Below, piece by piece: positions 60,550-64,000 of a DNA stretch of 64,000 nucleotides. Made by a program: the position numbers and the translations under genes. The stretch comes from Candidatus Spongiisociaceae bacterium. GTDB lineage: Bacteria; Actinomycetota; Acidimicrobiia; Spongiisociales; Spongiisociaceae. The notes under the pieces were generated by a model. The model was given only the letters and a program-made list of their open reading frames with translations, made no database searches and was not told the DNA's origin. The DNA lies in the NCBI GenBank assembly GCA_965219685.1, contig CBDCOH010000002.1, positions 4,288,001 to 4,352,000 on the forward strand. Direction: 5' to 3'. Position 1 is the stretch's first letter. Each line of letters opens with the position of its first letter.

Positions 60550-61598
60550 CGCTGCTCGACACCCTCTCCTGGCTGGTCGACATCTCCTCGGTCACCGGGG
60601 AGGAGGGACCCATTTGCGAGGCCTTGGCCACCCGGTTGGGCGAGACCTACCGGGATCGGGACATCCGCGGGATCGGTAACAGCCTGGTGGTGGGAACGCC
60701 TACGGACCGCCCGCTGGTACTGCTGGTCGGCCACATAGACACGGTCCCGCCGCAGGGCCAGGGCCCGGCGCGCGTGGAGGGGGACAGGCTCTTCGGACTC
60801 GGTACGTCCGACATGAAATCCGGGGTGGCGGTGATGGTCCACCTCCTCGAAGAGCGGTCGGTCAGGGAAGGCCCCTATGACGTGGTGGGGGTCTTCTACG
60901 ACGCCGAGGAGGGTCCCCACGCCCTGAACGGCCTGGAGCCGGTGCTGCAAGGTCTCCCATGGCTGGCGGAGGCGGCCTTCGCGGTGGTCACCGAGCCGAC
61001 CGACCTCGAGCTGCAACTCGGCTGCCAGGGACTGGTCAACGCCACCGTCCGCTTCGAGGGCAAGGCTGCCCACAGCGCGCGGCCCTGGTTGGGCGTGAAC
61101 GCGGTTACCAAGGCAGGCAACTGGCTCGCCGCGCTCCACGAGCGGGCGCCCGAGCCGTACGAGGTGGGCGGACTGACCTTCTACGAGGTCTTCTCGGTCA
61201 CCAGGGCGTCCGGGGGAATAGCGAACAACGTCATTCCCGCGACATTCGACCTGAACCTCAACTACCGTTTCGCTCCCCACCGTACCGGAGCGGATGCCCT
61301 CGAGAGGCTGGCGGAGATCACCGCAGGGGCCGACTCGGTGGATGTGCAGGAGTGCGTCGACGGGGCGCCGGTCCCGGCGGGGAACCCGTACCTCGACCGG
61401 CTCATCGCGATCGCCGAGGCGCCTGTCACTCCCAAGCAGGCCTGGACCGACGTGGCGCGCCTCGCCAGATACGGGATCCCGGCGGTCAACTACGGTCCCG
61501 GGGAGGTCGCCCAGGCCCACAAGGCGACCGAGAGCGTCCCCATCGCCAACCTCGAGCCGGCCTACCGGGCGCTGCACTCCTTCCTGACCGACGAGTGA
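60546..61598 (+). CDS. dapE: Succinyl-diaminopimelate desuccinylase
   Basis: GHIDTVP, SDMKSG, EE, EPT, AHSARPWLG.NA, WTDVAR, AH..E. Confidence 0.93.
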   Translation: MTLLDTLSWLVDISSVTGEEGPICEALATRLGETYRDRDIRGIGNSLVVGTPTDRPLVLLVGHIDTVPPQGQGPARVEGDRLFGLGTSDMKSGVAVMVHLLEERSVREGPYDVVGVFYDAEEGPHALNGLEPVLQGLPWLAEAAFAVVTEPTDLELQLGCQGLVNATVRFEGKAAHSARPWLGVNAVTKAGNWLAALHERAPEPYEVGGLTFYEVFSVTRASGGIANNVIPATFDLNLNYRFAPHRTGADALERLAEITAGADSVDVQECVDGAPVPAGNPYLDRLIAIAEAPVTPKQAWTDVARLARYGIPAVNYGPGEVAQAHKATESVPIANLEPAYRALHSFLTDE

Positions 61599-61607
61599 TG
61601 GTTGGGG

Positions 61608-62039
61608 ATGAACCTCTACCAACGGACCCAGTACGCGAACACGGCGTTGACGGCGCTGCTCACCCTCGGGTGGCTGCCAGTCGTCCTCGTGCTCGGATTG
61701 AGGGGGGGTGCAGGGTCACTACGGTTCCTGGTGCTGCCCTTGGCTCTGGCGTCGGTTGCCTTCTTCGGGTTCCGGAGCCTCATGGTGACAGTGACCCCGG
61801 CCGAGGTGGAGTTGGCCTACTCGCTCGGATGGCCTCGCAGGACCATCGAGCGGGCGAGCATCGTGTCGGCCGAACCGCTCCGGATACCCTGGTGGTGCGG
61901 GGTGGGCATCCGCCGCACCCCCGAGGGTTGGATGTGGAGCGTATGGGGGTTCGACACGGTGTTGTTGCACCTCTCGGACGGTAAGCGGTTCCTGATCGGA
62001 ACCGACGACCCGGAAGGTCTGGCCGCCGCTCTCCGCTGA
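61608..62039 (+). CDS. Hypothetical membrane protein (2 TM plus PH-like domain)
   Basis: Two TM helices, G.GIR...W, IGTDDPEGL; start uncertain. Confidence 0.75.
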   Translation: MNLYQRTQYANTALTALLTLGWLPVVLVLGLRGGAGSLRFLVLPLALASVAFFGFRSLMVTVTPAEVELAYSLGWPRRTIERASIVSAEPLRIPWWCGVGIRRTPEGWMWSVWGFDTVLLHLSDGKRFLIGTDDPEGLAAALR

Positions 62040-62046
62040 GGCGGAG

Positions 62047-62551
62047 TCAGGAGCCGACGACCGAAGGCCCCCACCAAGCTGGCCGTTTCGGCGAGTCGGC
62101 CGAGAATCGGGTACAGGGCGTTGTGCACCGTGAACACCGTCGGGACGGGGGAGTGGAGGGCGGCAGGTCCGGTATGGGCGTCGTGCAGGTGCAAAAGGTC
62201 GTAGCCCCTCGCCAGATCCCGCACGGTGGCTGGGAACCGACCGAACCGGCGCCACTGGTCCTCGTAACCCGAACCGGGACCTGGTCCGTAGATCCCGGGC
62301 CGTTCGAACGAAGGCGGGTCGTCGACGAGGAGCGTGGAAAGCCGTCGTGTTCGAACCGGGCCACGGCCTGAGCGGCCCTGGGGGCCTCCTTCTCGACACC
62401 GAGCCCGCCAAGGTGACGGTACCGGCGTATCGCGACGGTGGCATAGACTCCGTTCCTGCCAAGTGCCCCGGCCCAGGCCCACTACCGCCTCTCCCGGACC
62501 GCCGGTCCGGGCCAGTGGCGAGCATTCGGATGCAGCAATTAGCACCCTCAT
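62047..62551 (-). pseudogene. glgA: Truncated, degenerate glycogen synthase N-terminal fragment
   Basis: MRVLIAASECSPLARTGG, FERPGIYG, YED..RRF, DLLHLHD.H, PTVFTVHN; the C-terminal GT1 domain is absent. Confidence 0.8.
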
Positions 62552-62631
62552 CCGGTCTACTCCTTGGATGTCGGGCGTTGAACGACTCTACAGTCTTGTG
62601 TAATGCCAGAACTTCGTTACACTTTACTGGC

Positions 62632-63249
62632 ATGAAGGGTTCTGTATCCCAGAAGGTCACGGATCACATTGCAGCTCTACCGGAACAGTCGTTCGTTCGC
62701 GTGAGAGACATCGAAGGCTCCCGCACCGCGGTCGAGTCAGCCTTCTCCCGTCTGGCAGCCACCGGAACGATCACTCGTGTTCGCAAGGGTCTGTATTGGA
62801 AAGGAACCCTGACAGCGATGGGCATGTCGAGTCCGCGTATCGAAGAGGTGGCACTGGAACTCGGAGGCCCGGGCGCCGGTCCGTCGGGCGTCGCGGCGGC
62901 GCATTGGCTTGGTCTGACCTCGCAAGTGCCTGCCACCTATCTGAGTTCAGTTCCTAGACGTGTTCCAAAGCCCTGGGGACGGATCCGGTTCACTCAGCGC
63001 CCTGTCGAAAGACTGCTTCGCTCTCTGACTCCATCGGAGGTGGCTGTCTTGGAGGTATTGCGCGACGGGCCGAGGGTGGTCGAGTTCGGATGGGTTCGGT
63101 TCACCGAGGTGGTCGAGAAGTTGGCGACCGCGGGGACGATAAGAGTGGATGTACTGGACCGTCAGGTGTGGGATGAGCCCCACCGCGCTGCTAGAGCACG
63201 CTGGGCGGACATCCGTGAAGCCCTCTTTGAGGACGTGTCGGCAGCGTGA
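62632..63249 (+). CDS. AbiEi/DUF6088-like antitoxin
   Basis: SRLAATGTITRVRKGLY, AAHWLGLTSQVP; GTGA overlap with the toxin. Confidence 0.88.
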   Translation: MKGSVSQKVTDHIAALPEQSFVRVRDIEGSRTAVESAFSRLAATGTITRVRKGLYWKGTLTAMGMSSPRIEEVALELGGPGAGPSGVAAAHWLGLTSQVPATYLSSVPRRVPKPWGRIRFTQRPVERLLRSLTPSEVAVLEVLRDGPRVVEFGWVRFTEVVEKLATAGTIRVDVLDRQVWDEPHRAARARWADIREALFEDVSAA

Positions 63250-64000
63250 GTTGGTCCCTCCGCGAGTCGCCCGATGCGGTGGCTGTGGCCGCCTCCCGCG
63301 TCGAGGGCGTGACCGGGATTCCCATGGCACATGTGGAGAAGGACTTCTGGGTGACCGAGGTTCTCCGTGGTGTCGCTCGTTGCAGCGCTTCCACGGGAGT
63401 CAGTGCTGTATTCAAGGGTGGGACCAGTCTGTCGAAGGCATTCGGGCTGATCCAGCGATTCTCCGAGGATGTGGACATCATCGTCATAGTCCCCGGCCAG
63501 AGCACGGGCGGGGACAATCGTATGCTGAAGCAGTTTGTATCCGCTGCGGAGAAGTCGACCGGGCTCGATTCAGAGCTTGATACTCGTACTGCCACCAAAG
63601 GCGTCAAGCGCACGGTAACGCTAGCCTATCCAACTGATTCGGCGCCGAGCCCACTGCGTTCCGGTGTGCTTCTGGAACTCGGCACCAGGGGTGGTGCGAT
63701 GCCCACTTCCCAACGACACGTAACCAGCCTTTTGGTCGAGCATGGACCACGCGCCGGGATTGACCTCGACTTTGTCGAAGCGGAACCGGTGGCGACGCAC
63801 GTTCTCGCTCCAGTGCGCACTCTCGTCGAGAAGCTGATGATCGTCCATCACGCCGCCTCGACAGGTGATGCCGTGGAACAGCAACGTCTAGCTCGCCACT
63901 ACTACGACATATGGTGTCTCCTCACCGACCACGACACAGTCGGAGCTCTTGCAGAATCACCAGCCGATGTCTTAGCCCGCGAGGTGTCGACGTTTACGGG
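63246..64000 (+). CDS. AbiEii-family nucleotidyltransferase toxin; runs off the window edge
   Basis: Own translation: VEKDFWVTEVL...FKGGTSLSKAFGLIQRFSEDVD...RTLVEKL...RHYYDI. Confidence 0.92.
   Translation, partial: MSWSLRESPDAVAVAASRVEGVTGIPMAHVEKDFWVTEVLRGVARCSASTGVSAVFKGGTSLSKAFGLIQRFSEDVDIIVIVPGQSTGGDNRMLKQFVSAAEKSTGLDSELDTRTATKGVKRTVTLAYPTDSAPSPLRSGVLLELGTRGGAMPTSQRHVTSLLVEHGPRAGIDLDFVEAEPVATHVLAPVRTLVEKLMIVHHAASTGDAVEQQRLARHYYDIWCLLTDHDTVGALAESPADVLAREVSTFT

Overview
High-GC actinobacterial-type DNA. Gene content and style resemble Acidimicrobiia, which is my inference. The window has three zones. (1) About 1-47.9 kb is a large catabolic region. It holds three paralogous luciferase-like (LLM) oxidoreductases, a dihydroorotase-like cyclic amidohydrolase, and a NitT/TauT-type ABC importer whose binding protein is an internal tandem duplication. 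It also holds two xanthine-dehydrogenase/CoxL-family Mo subunits with one small/medium pair, a nitrilase-fold protein lacking its catalytic Cys next to an amidase, hydantoinase A/B, and two E1 alpha/beta pairs without E2/E3. A GntR regulator sits here, and its likely 15-bp operator recurs in front of operons spread over about 36 kb. (2) At 26.5-31.5 kb a mobile-element graveyard (ISL3, IS3, group II intron 5' part, IS30) surrounds one intact, AT-richer NACHT/STAND NTPase-pentapeptide gene, a candidate anti-phage gene. (3) From 48.3 kb onward are mostly housekeeping genes (rpiB, nifU-like, meaB, cysteine desulfurase-mnmA-ligA, dapC-dapD-dapE), plus a VapBC pair, an AbiE pair, a glgA remnant and heptamer arrays. 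Three diverged copies of a CTAG-bounded MITE-like element lie at 22.6, 48.2 and 53.2 kb. I saw no rRNA, tRNA or CRISPR array. All calls are by-eye motif recognition with no database search.
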